A stretch of 64,000 nucleotides of DNA from an uncultured Rhodospirillales bacterium. Its GTDB lineage: Bacteria > Pseudomonadota > Alphaproteobacteria > Rhodospirillales > Casp-alpha2. A program made the translations under genes and the position numbers. The stretch spans positions 21,322-85,321 of the forward strand of contig CAXBEV010000008.1 in the NCBI GenBank assembly GCA_963974935.1, given 5' to 3'. Numbering within the stretch: position 1 is the stretch's first letter; each line of letters begins with the position of its first letter. The notes under the pieces are model-generated. The model was not told where the DNA came from, made no database searches, and was given only the letters and a program-made list of their open reading frames with translations. This document shows, one piece after another, positions 49,181 through 60,304 of this stretch.

Positions 49181-51961
49181 TCACTCAGCCGCCTCGGATG
49201 TCTTGTCGGCAGTGGGTTTGGCGATAGCCGCCAACAGCATGGTGCGGACGGTTTCAATTTTGCCTTGCTGTTCCATCTTCAAACCGAAAATGTCTTTCAC
49301 ATAAAAGACGTCGACGACCCGGACGCCATAGGTCGAAATGTGTGCGGACGCGATTTGCAATCCGGCCTCGGTCAAAGCGTTGGTAACGTCGTGCAAAAGG
49401 CCTAAACGGTCACGGCCATTGACCTCTATCACCGTATAGGTGCTCGACGCTTTGTTGTCGATCAGCACCCTGGGCGGAACTTTGAACACGCTGGTGCGTG
49501 ACGGCATCGCATTGGCGCGCGCCTCCTTCAATTCGCGCGACGGCGGGGCAACGCCTGACAATGCGCGCTCGAGACGGTTTTTAATGCGCGCCACGCGGGC
49601 TTCGCCGGCAATCGCTTCGGCGTGCGAGTCCTGAACCCAAAAGGTATCCAAGGCCATGCCGTTATTCAGCGTCACAATCTTCGCATCAACGATGTTCACA
49701 CCGCCAAGCGACAGCGCGCCGGCCACTTTTGCGAACAGGCCCGGATGGTCGGGGGTCAACAGCGTGACGCCGGTGGCATCATGCTCTTCGTCGGCTTCAA
49801 GCTCGATGATCAGATTTTCACCGTCCCGTTCGGCACGTCGGATCATTTCGGCGTGTCGAACCAGCGTTGCCGTCGGGAAGGACAACCAGTACAAATCGCG
49901 GCCTAACTCCATATGAGTGTCGATTTCGGCCTTTTTCCACTTCGGTTTCGCCGCCGCCAAAGCATCGGCCAGGGCGTGCTTGGCCGTATCGGCGCGCTTT
50001 GCAATACGATCGCGCGGCATATCGCCGGCCATCGCTTCGAGAGCCCGCCAATACAGATCGCGCAACAAGCCCGCCTTCCATGCATTCCATACCGTAGGCC
50101 CAACAGCGCGTATATCAGCGACAGTCAGCACCAACAACAGGCGCAGACGTTCCGGCGACTGCACAACACTGACGAAATCGATCACGGTTTTCGGATCGTC
50201 GATATCACGCTTGAAAGCAGTGTTGCTCATCAACAGATGATGTCGCACCAGCCACGAAATCGTTTCGGTCTCCCAATCACTCATATTCATCCGCGGGCCG
50301 AGCTTCATGGCGATATCGGCGCCCAGTTCTGAGTGATCGCCGCCCCGACCTTTGGCGATGTCATGAAGAAGCACAGCCAAATACAACGCACGCTTCGATT
50401 GCACCTCGCCGATGACCGAACATGCAACCGGATGGTCATCACAAAGCCGACCGGTATCGATGCCGTGCAGCACGCCGATCGCGCGAATCGTATGCTCATC
50501 AACGGTGTAGACATGATACATGTCGTACTGCATCTGCGCGACGACACGACCGAAATCAGGCACAAATTTGCCGAACACGCCGGCTTCATTCATCCGCATT
50601 AAAGTTTTGTCCGGGTCCCGACCCGTTAGAATATCGACAAAGATATCGTTCGCTGCCGGATCCTTTTGCAACTTCCGGTCAATTTTTTTGAGGCTCTTTG
50701 TTACCTGACGCAGCGCGTTCGGGTGAATGTCCAAATCATGCTTTTGAGCTTGGCGGAACAAGTCCAATAATTTGATCGGCGCGTCGTTAAAATCGGTGCC
50801 GTCTTGCAGCATGATGCGGTCACCATCGATGGCAAAACCATCAATCTTCGGACCCCCTTTACCAAACCTGGGCAGGCGGAAGCGCTGGCGTTTCTTTTTA
50901 TGCTGCTCTTCAAGGGCGGCACAAATAATCCGTGTCAGATCGCCGACATCTTTGGCGATCAAGAAATAGTGCTTCATGAAACGCTCGACACCACTCAGGC
51001 CGGCGCGGTCGGTGTAGCCCATGCGCTCACCGATTTCGGTTTGCACATTAAACGTAAGCCGCTCTTCGGGGCGATCGGCGAGATAATGCAAGTGGCAGCG
51101 CACCGTCCACAAGAACGCCTGCGCTTTATCAAAACGGCGCGCATCGTCGCTGGTCAGAATGCCCTTAGACTTCAAATCACTGATGCTTTCAATATCGTAC
51201 AGATATTTCGCGATCCACATCAGCGTCTGCAGATCGCGAAGCCCACCCTTGCCGTCTTTGATGTTGGGCTCGAGCACATAGCGGGTGTCACCCATGCGGG
51301 CATGACGAGCGTCGCGCTCAGCCAACTTGGCCTCAACAAACGCATGTCCCGTCGGCGCAACAATCTGTTCACGGAATTCTTTGCGGAAGGCATCAAACTG
51401 TTGGCCGTCACCCTCAAGCAGACGGGCTTCCAACAAGCTGGTGCGAATCGTGATATCCTCTTTCGACAAGCGGATCGCTTCGTCGATAGACCGGGTCGCA
51501 TGGCCGACCTTCAACCCTAAATCCCAAAGTGTATACAGCACATATTCGACGACTTGTTCGGCGCGGGGCGTCAGCTTATAGGGCAGCAGAAACATCAAAT
51601 CGATATCGGAATGAGGCGCTAATTCGGCGCGGCCATAGCCGCCCGTAGCCAACATCGACATTTTATCGCCCTTGGTTTCGACGCCCATCGGATAAGCGTG
51701 CTCGGTGGCCACGTAATAAACCAAGCGCACCACCTGATCGATCAAATAGGCCCCGGCATGCACGGTCCGAGACCCGGATTGCTCCTCGGCTTCAAAGCGA
51801 CGCTTAATCTCCAAACGACCGGCTTCCAGGGCATCACGATAGATCGCGAAAATATCGCGTTGGGTATCAGGCGAGAAACCGGACCATCCGAGGATATCGT
51901 CCAATTTACCCAATACGGCTTTGCGGTCGATGATACCGCGCGGGGTGGTGATGCGCTCCAT
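49181..51961 (-). CDS. glnD: Bifunctional [protein-PII] uridylyltransferase/uridylyl-removing enzyme
   Basis: 926 aa with nucleotidyltransferase (GGYGRAELAPHSDIDL), HD (LLHDIAKG) and two ACT domains. Confidence 0.95.
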   Translation of the reverse strand: MERITTPRGIIDRKAVLGKLDDILGWSGFSPDTQRDIFAIYRDALEAGRLEIKRRFEAEEQSGSRTVHAGAYLIDQVVRLVYYVATEHAYPMGVETKGDKMSMLATGGYGRAELAPHSDIDLMFLLPYKLTPRAEQVVEYVLYTLWDLGLKVGHATRSIDEAIRLSKEDITIRTSLLEARLLEGDGQQFDAFRKEFREQIVAPTGHAFVEAKLAERDARHARMGDTRYVLEPNIKDGKGGLRDLQTLMWIAKYLYDIESISDLKSKGILTSDDARRFDKAQAFLWTVRCHLHYLADRPEERLTFNVQTEIGERMGYTDRAGLSGVERFMKHYFLIAKDVGDLTRIICAALEEQHKKKRQRFRLPRFGKGGPKIDGFAIDGDRIMLQDGTDFNDAPIKLLDLFRQAQKHDLDIHPNALRQVTKSLKKIDRKLQKDPAANDIFVDILTGRDPDKTLMRMNEAGVFGKFVPDFGRVVAQMQYDMYHVYTVDEHTIRAIGVLHGIDTGRLCDDHPVACSVIGEVQSKRALYLAVLLHDIAKGRGGDHSELGADIAMKLGPRMNMSDWETETISWLVRHHLLMSNTAFKRDIDDPKTVIDFVSVVQSPERLRLLLVLTVADIRAVGPTVWNAWKAGLLRDLYWRALEAMAGDMPRDRIAKRADTAKHALADALAAAKPKWKKAEIDTHMELGRDLYWLSFPTATLVRHAEMIRRAERDGENLIIELEADEEHDATGVTLLTPDHPGLFAKVAGALSLGGVNIVDAKIVTLNNGMALDTFWVQDSHAEAIAGEARVARIKNRLERALSGVAPPSRELKEARANAMPSRTSVFKVPPRVLIDNKASSTYTVIEVNGRDRLGLLHDVTNALTEAGLQIASAHISTYGVRVVDVFYVKDIFGLKMEQQGKIETVRTMLLAAIAKPTADKTSEAAE

Positions 51962-52084
51962 AGTCGCCTTTATATAGGTTTTACAGTGGGATCACCAAAA
52001 GCAATCCCACATTGACATTTCAGCTGTATCTTCAGCATCGCATGCGAAGAATTTTCAATATCTATATGCATTTCTATGCCCATC

Positions 52085-54817
52085 TTATTCTTCATCTAGA
52101 GCTAACCCTTTAAGCTTATACAAAAATTCCAATGCCTGCAGTGGTGTTAAGGAGTCTGGGTTGATCTCATTCATTGCAACATCTATGGGTCCAGGCCCTT
52201 TCGGCGCGACGCGTTGCGTTTGCGTTACTGCGAACAAAGGCAAATCATCGGTCAACGCCGTCTTTGAACCGTTGTCAGCCTTTTCCAGTCGCGACAATAA
52301 CGCCTCAGCACGGGCAACAACGCTCGCGGGCAGACCCGCGAGTTGGCCGACGTGAATTCCGTAAGATCTGTCGGCAACACCCGGCGCAATCTCGTGCAGG
52401 AACACGACATCGTTCTGCCATTCTTTGACCCGCATGGTGTAGCAGGTCAGCGCCGAGAGACGCTCTGCCAGTTGCGTCAACTCGTGGTAATGGGTCGCAA
52501 ACAAACCCCGGCAGCCGTTGACCTCGTGCAAATGTTCAACCACAGCCCAAGCGATGGACAGGCCGTCATAAGTCGCCGTGCCGCGCCCGATTTCGTCCAA
52601 GATCACCAGCGCACGGGGCCCGGCCCGATGCAAAATGGCCGCCGTTTCGACCATTTCAACCATGAAGGTGGAACGCCCACGCGCCAAGTCATCCGCGGCA
52701 CCGACTCGCGAAAACAACCGATCCACAAAGCCAATGTGGGCGCGGGCTGCGGGCACATACAGCCCGGCCTGCGCCATCACAGCAATCAACGCGTTTTGAC
52801 GCAAGAACGTACTTTTACCGGCCATATTTGGCCCGGTCAGCAGCCATAGCCGTGCACCTTGTTCGGATGCATCCCCCGGCTCTAACCGGCAATTATTAGC
52901 GACGAAAGCACTGTCACCGGCACGGGCGAGCGCCATTTCCACAACAGGGTGTCGTCCAAGCTCAATCGAAAATGCTTCTGTGTCGTCCACAAGAGGCCGA
53001 ACATAATCACGATCGACCGCAAGTTCCGCCGATGCCGCCGCTACGTCCAATTGCGCAAGCGCCTTTGCTGTGGCATCAATCTGTTCGGCGGCGTCGGCAA
53101 TTTGTTGCGATAACGTATTGAAAATCTCGGTTTCCAGCGCCAACGCCCGATCCCCGGCGCGAGAGATTTCAGCCTCAAGATCGCTCAGTTCGACCGTTGA
53201 ATAGCGCACCGCATTGGCCATGGTTTGGCGATGAATGAACGGGCTATCGTCCCCGGTAGGGATCGCATCGGCCTGTTTTGCCGTCACCTCCACAAAAAAG
53301 CCCAGCACGTTATTGTGCCGCACCTTGAGCGCCTGAATCCCGGTTTGATTGGCGTATTTTTTCTGCAATGCGGCGATCAGGCGCCGACTTTCATCGCGGA
53401 GTGCGGTCAACTCATCTAAACGCACGAGATAGCCCTTAGCTATAAAGCCACCGTCTGAGACGGCGGGAGGCGGTTCTGCGACTAAAGCTCGGCTCAGCTC
53501 GTCGATCAAATCTTCATGGCCACTCAATCGCTCCATGATACCCGGCAAATCCATGGCCACAGCCAAGCCGGCAAGATTATGGAGCGCTCGTTTTATGTCG
53601 GCAGCGCCGATCAGGCCGGCTCGAATCGCCCCCATGTCCCGGGGCCCGCCACGACCGACGCTAAGACGGCTGAGCGCACGCGCGATTTCAGGGACCCCCT
53701 TAAGCTGGGCGCGCAGTGTTTCCCGCGCTCGACCATCCAGCAAAAAAGTCTCTGCCAGATCGAGCCGTTGATTTATCGCATTCGGGTCGGTCAGCGGCGC
53801 GGCCAAACGGGCCGCCAGCAATCGCGCACCACCGCCGGTCACCGTGCGGTCGACGGCGTCGAGCAGGCTACCCTGACGCTCGCCGGACATGGTGATCGAA
53901 AGCTCAAGATTGCGGCGCGTCGCGGAATCAATCTCCATCACCGCGCCCTCGAGCAACGGGGCCGGCGGCTGCAGACGCGGCAATTTTCCTTTTTGCGTGA
54001 GCTCTACATAATCCACCAACGCGCCGGCCGCCGCCAGTTCAGCCCGGGAAAACGCGCCGAACGCGTCCAAGGTTTTCACACCGAACAACGCTTCCAGGCG
54101 CCTGCGCCCGTTTTCGCTGTCAAAGCGCGCACTGGGCAGCGGCGTCAGGCGGTCTTCGACATCGAACCACACGCTCGCCATCTCCGGACTGGAAATCAGC
54201 GTATCCGGTGCCACCACTTCGCCCGGATCGATGCGCGCCAAAACTGCGCCCATGTCACCGTCGGTCACCGCCTGAGTGCGGAAATCGCCGGTTGAGATAT
54301 CCAGCCACGCAATTGCCAGTGCGCCCTGCGCGCGTGCCAGCGCAGCCAAATAATTGTGGCGGCGGGATTCCAGCAACGTGTCTTCGGTAATCGTGCCCGG
54401 GGTAACGATCCGCATGACTTCGCGGTGGACCACGGACTTCGCACCGCGCTTTTTGGCCTCAGCCGGGTCTTCTGTTTGTTCGCAGATGGCAACCCGAAAG
54501 CCTTTGCGGATCAGGCGATTCAAATACGCCTCATGACTGTGCACCGGGACCCCGCACATCGGAATGTCATCACCCTCATGCTTGCCGCGCTTGGTCAGCG
54601 CAATATCCAACGCTGCCGACGCTTTTACGGCATCATCAAAAAACAATTCGTAAAAATCGCCCATGCGATAAAACAGCATGTCATCGGGGTGCGCCTGCTT
54701 GATACCCAGATACTGCGCCATCATCGGCGTCATCACGCTGACGTCAGGGCTCGGCTCGCCACCTTGGGTGTCGGTTCGGTCGAGCGCGGCATCAGTTTTG
54801 GTGGTATGGTCGTCCAT
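52085..54817 (-). CDS. mutS: DNA mismatch repair protein MutS
   Basis: 910 aa with [12 protein letters not shown] and Walker A motif [13 protein letters not shown]. Confidence 0.97.
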   Translation of the reverse strand: MDDHTTKTDAALDRTDTQGGEPSPDVSVMTPMMAQYLGIKQAHPDDMLFYRMGDFYELFFDDAVKASAALDIALTKRGKHEGDDIPMCGVPVHSHEAYLNRLIRKGFRVAICEQTEDPAEAKKRGAKSVVHREVMRIVTPGTITEDTLLESRRHNYLAALARAQGALAIAWLDISTGDFRTQAVTDGDMGAVLARIDPGEVVAPDTLISSPEMASVWFDVEDRLTPLPSARFDSENGRRRLEALFGVKTLDAFGAFSRAELAAAGALVDYVELTQKGKLPRLQPPAPLLEGAVMEIDSATRRNLELSITMSGERQGSLLDAVDRTVTGGGARLLAARLAAPLTDPNAINQRLDLAETFLLDGRARETLRAQLKGVPEIARALSRLSVGRGGPRDMGAIRAGLIGAADIKRALHNLAGLAVAMDLPGIMERLSGHEDLIDELSRALVAEPPPAVSDGGFIAKGYLVRLDELTALRDESRRLIAALQKKYANQTGIQALKVRHNNVLGFFVEVTAKQADAIPTGDDSPFIHRQTMANAVRYSTVELSDLEAEISRAGDRALALETEIFNTLSQQIADAAEQIDATAKALAQLDVAAASAELAVDRDYVRPLVDDTEAFSIELGRHPVVEMALARAGDSAFVANNCRLEPGDASEQGARLWLLTGPNMAGKSTFLRQNALIAVMAQAGLYVPAARAHIGFVDRLFSRVGAADDLARGRSTFMVEMVETAAILHRAGPRALVILDEIGRGTATYDGLSIAWAVVEHLHEVNGCRGLFATHYHELTQLAERLSALTCYTMRVKEWQNDVVFLHEIAPGVADRSYGIHVGQLAGLPASVVARAEALLSRLEKADNGSKTALTDDLPLFAVTQTQRVAPKGPGPIDVAMNEINPDSLTPLQALEFLYKLKGLALDEE

Positions 54818-55004
54818 GAAGGCCTAGGCAAAATCAAAATCACGTCGGCGAGACTTTATCACAATCGACCCCGCACGGGCACGCACGCCGTTGCACTTTT
54901 TGTGGCGACAGGCAAAATGGGTAAACGCGGTTATCATGCCGCCAACGAACTGCACGAAACGACAAGAACATAAGCGCGTACAGCGCACACCCTGGGAGGA
55001 CACT

Positions 55005-57293
55005 ATGGACGAGCGTGCCAAAGAAATGCTCTATCGCGAAGCCTTGCGTATGCACGCACAAGGCAAGCCGGGCAAAATTGAAATCCATGCCACAAAGCCG
55101 CTGACGACCCAGCGCGACCTGACGCTTGCCTATTCCCCTGGCGTCGCCGGGCCTTGCCTCGCGATCCATGAAGATCCATCGACGGTGTACGACTACACGG
55201 CACGCGGCAACATGGTTGCGGTGATTTCCAACGGCACCGCCGTACTTGGTCTCGGCAATATCGGCCCGCTCGCCAGTAAACCGGTGATGGAAGGCAAGTG
55301 CGTGCTGTTTAAGCGCTTTGCCGATGTCGATGCGATCAACGTCGAAGTCTTCACAGAAGACGTGGCCGAGTTCGTCGAAAGTGTGCGCCTGTTCGGGAAC
55401 ACGTTTGGCGGTATCAACTTAGAAGATATCAAAGCGCCCGAATGCTTCATGATCGAAGAACAATTGCGCGAGCTTTTGGACGTGCCGGTTTTCCATGACG
55501 ACCAACACGGCACCGCAATCATCACCGCAGCCGCCTTGATCAATGCCCTTCACCTAACCGACCGCGATTTAGCGACGGTGAATATCGTCATCAACGGTGC
55601 GGGCGCAGCATCGATTGCCTGTGCAGACCTCATGAAAGCCATGGGCGTCGGTGCCAACAACGTCAAAATGTGCGATTCCAAAGGCGTCATCTATCGCGGA
55701 CGCGAGGACGGCATGAACCAATGGAAATCGATCCATGCCGCAGAAACACCGGACCGCACGCTGGCCGACGCCATGAAAGGCGCCGACGTATTTGTCGGGC
55801 TTTCCGTAAAAGACGCGGTGACCCAGGACATGGTCGCCTCAATGGCGGATAAACCGATAATTTTCGCAATGGCCAACCCAGACCCTGAAATCACGCCTGA
55901 AGACGTCAAAGCCGTACGCGATGACGCCATCATGGCGACCGGGCGCTCGGACTATCCGAACCAAGTCAACAATGTGCTGGGCTTCCCATATATTTTCCGG
56001 GGCGCCTTGGACGTCCGCGCAACACGTATCAACGAAGAAATGAAGATCGCCGCCGCACATGCATTGGCCGCCCTCGCACGCGAAGACGTGCCGGACGAAG
56101 TCGATGCCGCTTATGCCGGCGACCACCTTCAATACGGCCCGGAATATTTAATTCCGACGCCGTTCGATCCACGCTTGATCACGAATATCCCGAAAGCCGT
56201 CGCACAAGCGGCGATGGATTCAGGCGTTGCACAAAAGCCGATCATCGATATGGATGCCTACGGCGCCGAGCTGTCGGCACGCCTCAACCCGATGACCGGT
56301 TATCTGCAGGCGATTTTGGATCAAGTGCGGGCGAAGCCGCGCCGTGTCGTGTTTGCCGAGGGCGAAGAGGAAAAATCAATCCGCGCCGCCCATGCGTTTT
56401 TCAACGCAGGTTACGGTACACCGGTGCTGATTGGCCGCGAAGAAAACGTCCGCGAGACCATGAAGGCACTCGGCCTCGCCGGGCACGAGGGTATGGAAAT
56501 CCAGAACGCACGGCTGAGCTCGCGCAATCAGGAGTACGCTGAACACGTCTACAACCGCCTACAACGCAAAGGTAGTTTGATGCGCGACTGCCAGCGCATG
56601 GTCAATTTGGACCGCAATATCTTCGGCGCCTGCATGGTGGCGATGGGGGATGCGGATGCGATGGTGACCGGACTCACCCGCAATTACCACGATGCGATGC
56701 GGAATATTTCAGCGGTCATCGACCCGGCGCCGGGCGCGCGCGTGATGGGTTTGTCGCTGATTATCGATGGCGGACGCTCAATCTTTGTCGCCGACACTGC
56801 CGTGCACGAATCCCCTAACGCCGAAGAACTTGCCGACATCGCGCAGCAAGCGGCAACGGAAGTGCGCCGCTTCGGGCATGAGCCCCGCGTCGCCTTGGTA
56901 TCGTTTGCAAACTTCGGTCATCCGTCGTTGCCGCGCGCCGATATCGTACGCGATGCCGTGGCGATCTTGGATAAGCGGGATGCTTCGTTTGAGTACGACG
57001 GCGAAATGTCCGTCGACGTCGCATTGAACAAGGATCTGATGAAGCTGTACCCGTTCTGTCGGTTGTCCGATACCGCCAACGTGCTGATCATGCCGGGCCT
57101 GCACAGTGCGCAGATCGCCATGAAGCTGTTGGCCGCCGTCGGCGGCTCAACGGTGTTGGGGCCGCTGATTAAGGGTCTCGTGAAGCCAGTTCAAGTCGTG
57201 CCGATGGGTGCGACGGTGTCAGATATGGTGACGCTGGCAGCACTTACTGCGCACGAAGCGGCCCTTCAAGGGCAAGGCCCCGCGCGCAGCTAA
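55005..57293 (+). CDS. maeB: NADP-dependent malic enzyme (malic enzyme plus PTA-like domain)
   Basis: The start is trimmed to the ATG at 55005 (MDERAKEMLYREALRMH), with GGGAGG upstream. The gene is 762 aa. Confidence 0.9.
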   Translation: MDERAKEMLYREALRMHAQGKPGKIEIHATKPLTTQRDLTLAYSPGVAGPCLAIHEDPSTVYDYTARGNMVAVISNGTAVLGLGNIGPLASKPVMEGKCVLFKRFADVDAINVEVFTEDVAEFVESVRLFGNTFGGINLEDIKAPECFMIEEQLRELLDVPVFHDDQHGTAIITAAALINALHLTDRDLATVNIVINGAGAASIACADLMKAMGVGANNVKMCDSKGVIYRGREDGMNQWKSIHAAETPDRTLADAMKGADVFVGLSVKDAVTQDMVASMADKPIIFAMANPDPEITPEDVKAVRDDAIMATGRSDYPNQVNNVLGFPYIFRGALDVRATRINEEMKIAAAHALAALAREDVPDEVDAAYAGDHLQYGPEYLIPTPFDPRLITNIPKAVAQAAMDSGVAQKPIIDMDAYGAELSARLNPMTGYLQAILDQVRAKPRRVVFAEGEEEKSIRAAHAFFNAGYGTPVLIGREENVRETMKALGLAGHEGMEIQNARLSSRNQEYAEHVYNRLQRKGSLMRDCQRMVNLDRNIFGACMVAMGDADAMVTGLTRNYHDAMRNISAVIDPAPGARVMGLSLIIDGGRSIFVADTAVHESPNAEELADIAQQAATEVRRFGHEPRVALVSFANFGHPSLPRADIVRDAVAILDKRDASFEYDGEMSVDVALNKDLMKLYPFCRLSDTANVLIMPGLHSAQIAMKLLAAVGGSTVLGPLIKGLVKPVQVVPMGATVSDMVTLAALTAHEAALQGQGPARS

Positions 57294-57314
57294 CGGTTAT
57301 CTTAGACTTCGGCG

Positions 57315-57860
57315 TTAAGCTTTGGCCGCGTCCGCTTCCACGGCGCGGTCAATGGCTTGGCGAATAAGCTCCATCGCCTCTTCGGCTTCGCCCCAACGCT
57401 GCACCTTGACCCATTTGTCATGCTCAAGGTCTTTGTAATGCTCAAAGAAGTGTTGGATCTGTTCGATCAGCACCGGGCGGATATCCCGATACGAGCTGAC
57501 ATCACCATAGTAGGGGTGTAACTCGTCAACCGGCACGCACAAAATCTTTTCGTCGATGCCGCTTTCGTCTTCCATGATCAACACGCCGATTGGACGGCAT
57601 TTAATGACACACCCCGGAATCACCGGCATTTGACCGAGCACGGCTGCGTCGATCGGGTCGCCGTCATCCGACAACGTGTGCGGCACGAAGCCATAGTTGG
57701 TCGGGTAGTACATTGCGGTATGCAAAAAACGATCGACAAAGATAGCACCGGACTTCTTGTCGAATTCATATTTGACCGGGTTACCGCCCAAAGGAATCTC
57801 GATAATCACGTTTACGTCGTAAGGCGGATTCTCGCCGATCGGCACCATGTCCATATTCAT
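57315..57860 (-). CDS. ppa: Inorganic pyrophosphatase
   Basis: 181 aa with VIIEIP.G...KYE.DK and the GDPIDA block. Confidence 0.95.
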   Translation of the reverse strand: MNMDMVPIGENPPYDVNVIIEIPLGGNPVKYEFDKKSGAIFVDRFLHTAMYYPTNYGFVPHTLSDDGDPIDAAVLGQMPVIPGCVIKCRPIGVLIMEDESGIDEKILCVPVDELHPYYGDVSSYRDIRPVLIEQIQHFFEHYKDLEHDKWVKVQRWGEAEEAMELIRQAIDRAVEADAAKA

Positions 57861-57985
57861 AAAAAAGCCCTCTCGGCCTCAGTTAGATAAATAACAGAAG
57901 ATTGCAGGCACCATACCCGTCAGGACGGTTTCGCTCCACAATTTTTCAAAGACGTGATAGGCGGAGAGGATTAAGGAGCTCTTAA

Positions 57986-59011
57986 ATGTCGATAAACCGT
58001 GAAAATATTCGCTCCGTCCTCGTCTACGTAGGGCTCGACCGGCTGGGTGATGGGCTTTTGAAGCTGCCGTTTGCGCGCGGCTTGCGCATCGCCTTTCCGA
58101 ACGCCCATCTGACATGGTTCGCCGGCAAGGAAACCAGTGTCTACGCCGGCGTCTTAGCGCCTTTGGTCGCCGACGCACTTGATGACGTAATCGAATACGG
58201 CGGGGTCGGCCTGCATCCATCTGAACTCATCAAGCCGCGCCCCCTGAAAGGTTGCCGCTTTGATCTGGTGATCGACACACAGCGGATATTTTGGACCAGC
58301 CTCTCGGCCTGGCGAATACGCCATGACCAGTTTATTTCACCAGCCGCCAAGTTCTTGCTGTCGTCGGTGAAGCCGAAGATCGGTTATAAATCGCCCAAAG
58401 CCATGCAGCGCCAGATGCTGGACTTATTGGAAATCGCAAGCGGCATGACGTTTGAAACGCCAACAAAGTTGAACCTAGATATCCCACAGCCCCATCACGA
58501 CATGGCCGCAGACCTTTTGCCCGCCGGCCCACGCTATATTGGGTTTGCACCCGGCTCGGGCGGGCGACCAAAATGTTGGCCACTAGACCGATACATCGCA
58601 CTTGCTGAAATGGCTGAAGCGAGCGGGGCTGTGCCCGTGTTCCTGATCGGGCCACAAGAAGAAGAATGGGCCACTCAGATAAAGACCGCCTTGCCCAATG
58701 CATTATTGCCGCTGCAGCACGGCAACAGAGCCCGGGCGCATGGCTACAATCCATTGTTTACAATAGCGCTGGGCACCCGGCTTTCCGGGGCCGTTTCAAA
58801 CGACAGCGGCATCGCGCACATGTTGGCGGTCGCCGGCACACCGCTGATCGCGCTTTATGGGCCGACGGTGTATGAAAAATTTCCACCAATGACCGATGCC
58901 ATCACCGTGATCCGCGCCGAAACCTACGGCAGCCGCGAGATGACGGCGATCCCGCTGGACGACGTCAATCAGGCGCTGCAGACGTTGTTGGCTTCGGCCC
59001 CCGCTTCATGA
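57986..59011 (+). CDS. Glycosyltransferase family 9 (heptosyltransferase-like)
   Basis: 341 aa with RLGDGLL and the C-terminal GT9 motif NDSGIAHMLAVAGTPLIALYGPT. Confidence 0.75.
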   Translation: MSINRENIRSVLVYVGLDRLGDGLLKLPFARGLRIAFPNAHLTWFAGKETSVYAGVLAPLVADALDDVIEYGGVGLHPSELIKPRPLKGCRFDLVIDTQRIFWTSLSAWRIRHDQFISPAAKFLLSSVKPKIGYKSPKAMQRQMLDLLEIASGMTFETPTKLNLDIPQPHHDMAADLLPAGPRYIGFAPGSGGRPKCWPLDRYIALAEMAEASGAVPVFLIGPQEEEWATQIKTALPNALLPLQHGNRARAHGYNPLFTIALGTRLSGAVSNDSGIAHMLAVAGTPLIALYGPTVYEKFPPMTDAITVIRAETYGSREMTAIPLDDVNQALQTLLASAPAS

Positions 59012-60304
59012 GCCAGAGCAACAGCATCAACCCTGGTACCGCTGCCAACCCGGTGACCAAAAAGTACGTCACCCAATCGACTTGATCGGCAAACCATCCG
59101 CCACCCGACGCCAACACGGTGCGCGTAAACGCCATCAACGACGACAGCAACGCAAACTGCGTTGCTGTATAGGCCACGTTGCACAACCCGGATAAATACG
59201 CGACGAATGCAATGGTGCCGACACCACCCGTCAAATTTTCGATCCCGATGGTGACAAACAGCATCGGCAGTTCGGGCCCGATCCATGCCTGCAAGGCAAA
59301 GACACCATTTGAGGCCGCTTGCAAAACACCCCCCACCAACAACGCCGGGAATGTGCCGAGCCGGGCCACCATTACACCCCCGATGATCCCGCCGACAAGC
59401 GTCATGGCGAGGCCAAAACCCTTGGTGACCAAGCCTATTTCAGTTTTTGAAAACCCGATATCCAAATAAAACGGGTTCGCCATTACGCCCAAAAGCGCAT
59501 CGCCGTATTTATAGAGCGCGATGAACAGTAAAATCATCGGCCAGTTGGTGCGCTTGGCAAAATCGATAAATGGCATCAACACCGCATCACGAAATCCGGC
59601 ACCAAAGCGTACCGCAAACGTTTGCAGACCCATCGCCGATGCGGCAATGGCCCGCGCCTCGGCCCCAGGGCGACGCGGTTCTGGGCCGATCAGCGTTGCG
59701 GTGATCCCGACGATGACAAAACACGCCATCAACGCATACGCCCAAAACCAGCCGGCTTGATCCGCAATCACAAGCGCGCCCGCGCCGGATACAAACGTTG
59801 CAATCCGATAGCCGACGACATAATTCGCGGCGCCGGCACCCATTTGCGCTTCGTCTAAGATTTCAATCCGATACGCGTCGACGACGATGTCTTGCGTTGC
59901 AGACGCAAAAGCCAACACAACGGCCCAAAACGCTGTCCATGCCAATGCGTCTTTGGGATCGGAGCCCCCAAGGCGAGAATAGCGACAACCACGCAGCCCT
60001 GCGACAACAAAAGCCAACTGCGCCGTTGGCCGATCCATCGGGTAAGACCAGGGAGCGGAAATCGATCCACCAACGGTGCCCACAAGAATTTGAGCGCATA
60101 GGCGCTGCTGGCAATCGAAAACCAACCGATGACCGTCAGCGAAACGCCCTCATCATGAAGCCAGGCCGACAGCGTGCCGTAAACAAGCAACAGCGGCAGC
60201 CCGCTGGAGAAGCCCAACAGCAAAATAAGAAAAACACGAAATTCAAAATAAACTTTGATGGCTACAGGCCAGGCACGCCAACCTGCGGACGCCTTTGTCG
60301 TCAA
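58965..60304 (-). pseudogene. ampG: AmpG-family muropeptide MFS permease, interrupted by a single-base frameshift in a G5 run (C5 on the plus strand, 59965-59969)
   Basis: The N-terminal 113 codons (ORF 59855-60304) carry GFSSGLPLLLVYGTLSAWL...KFLWAPLVDRF. The remainder (ORF 58965-60125) carries ...AFASATQDIVVDAYRIE...ATQFALLSS.... One extra G would give a continuous ...AILALGGSDPKDALAW... Confidence 0.8.

Noticed and set aside
51986-52010. The inverted repeat GTGGGAT-N11-ATCCCAC between mutS and glnD, considered as a terminator
   Set aside because: The stem is only 7 bp, the loop is 11 nt, and there is no U tract on the minus strand. This is too weak to call.
59940-59990. Programmed ribosomal frameshifting as an explanation for the ampG split
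   Set aside because: There is no slippery heptamer or downstream stimulatory structure. The shift sits in a plain G5 run within a transmembrane-region codon context. Mutation or sequencing error is far more parsimonious.
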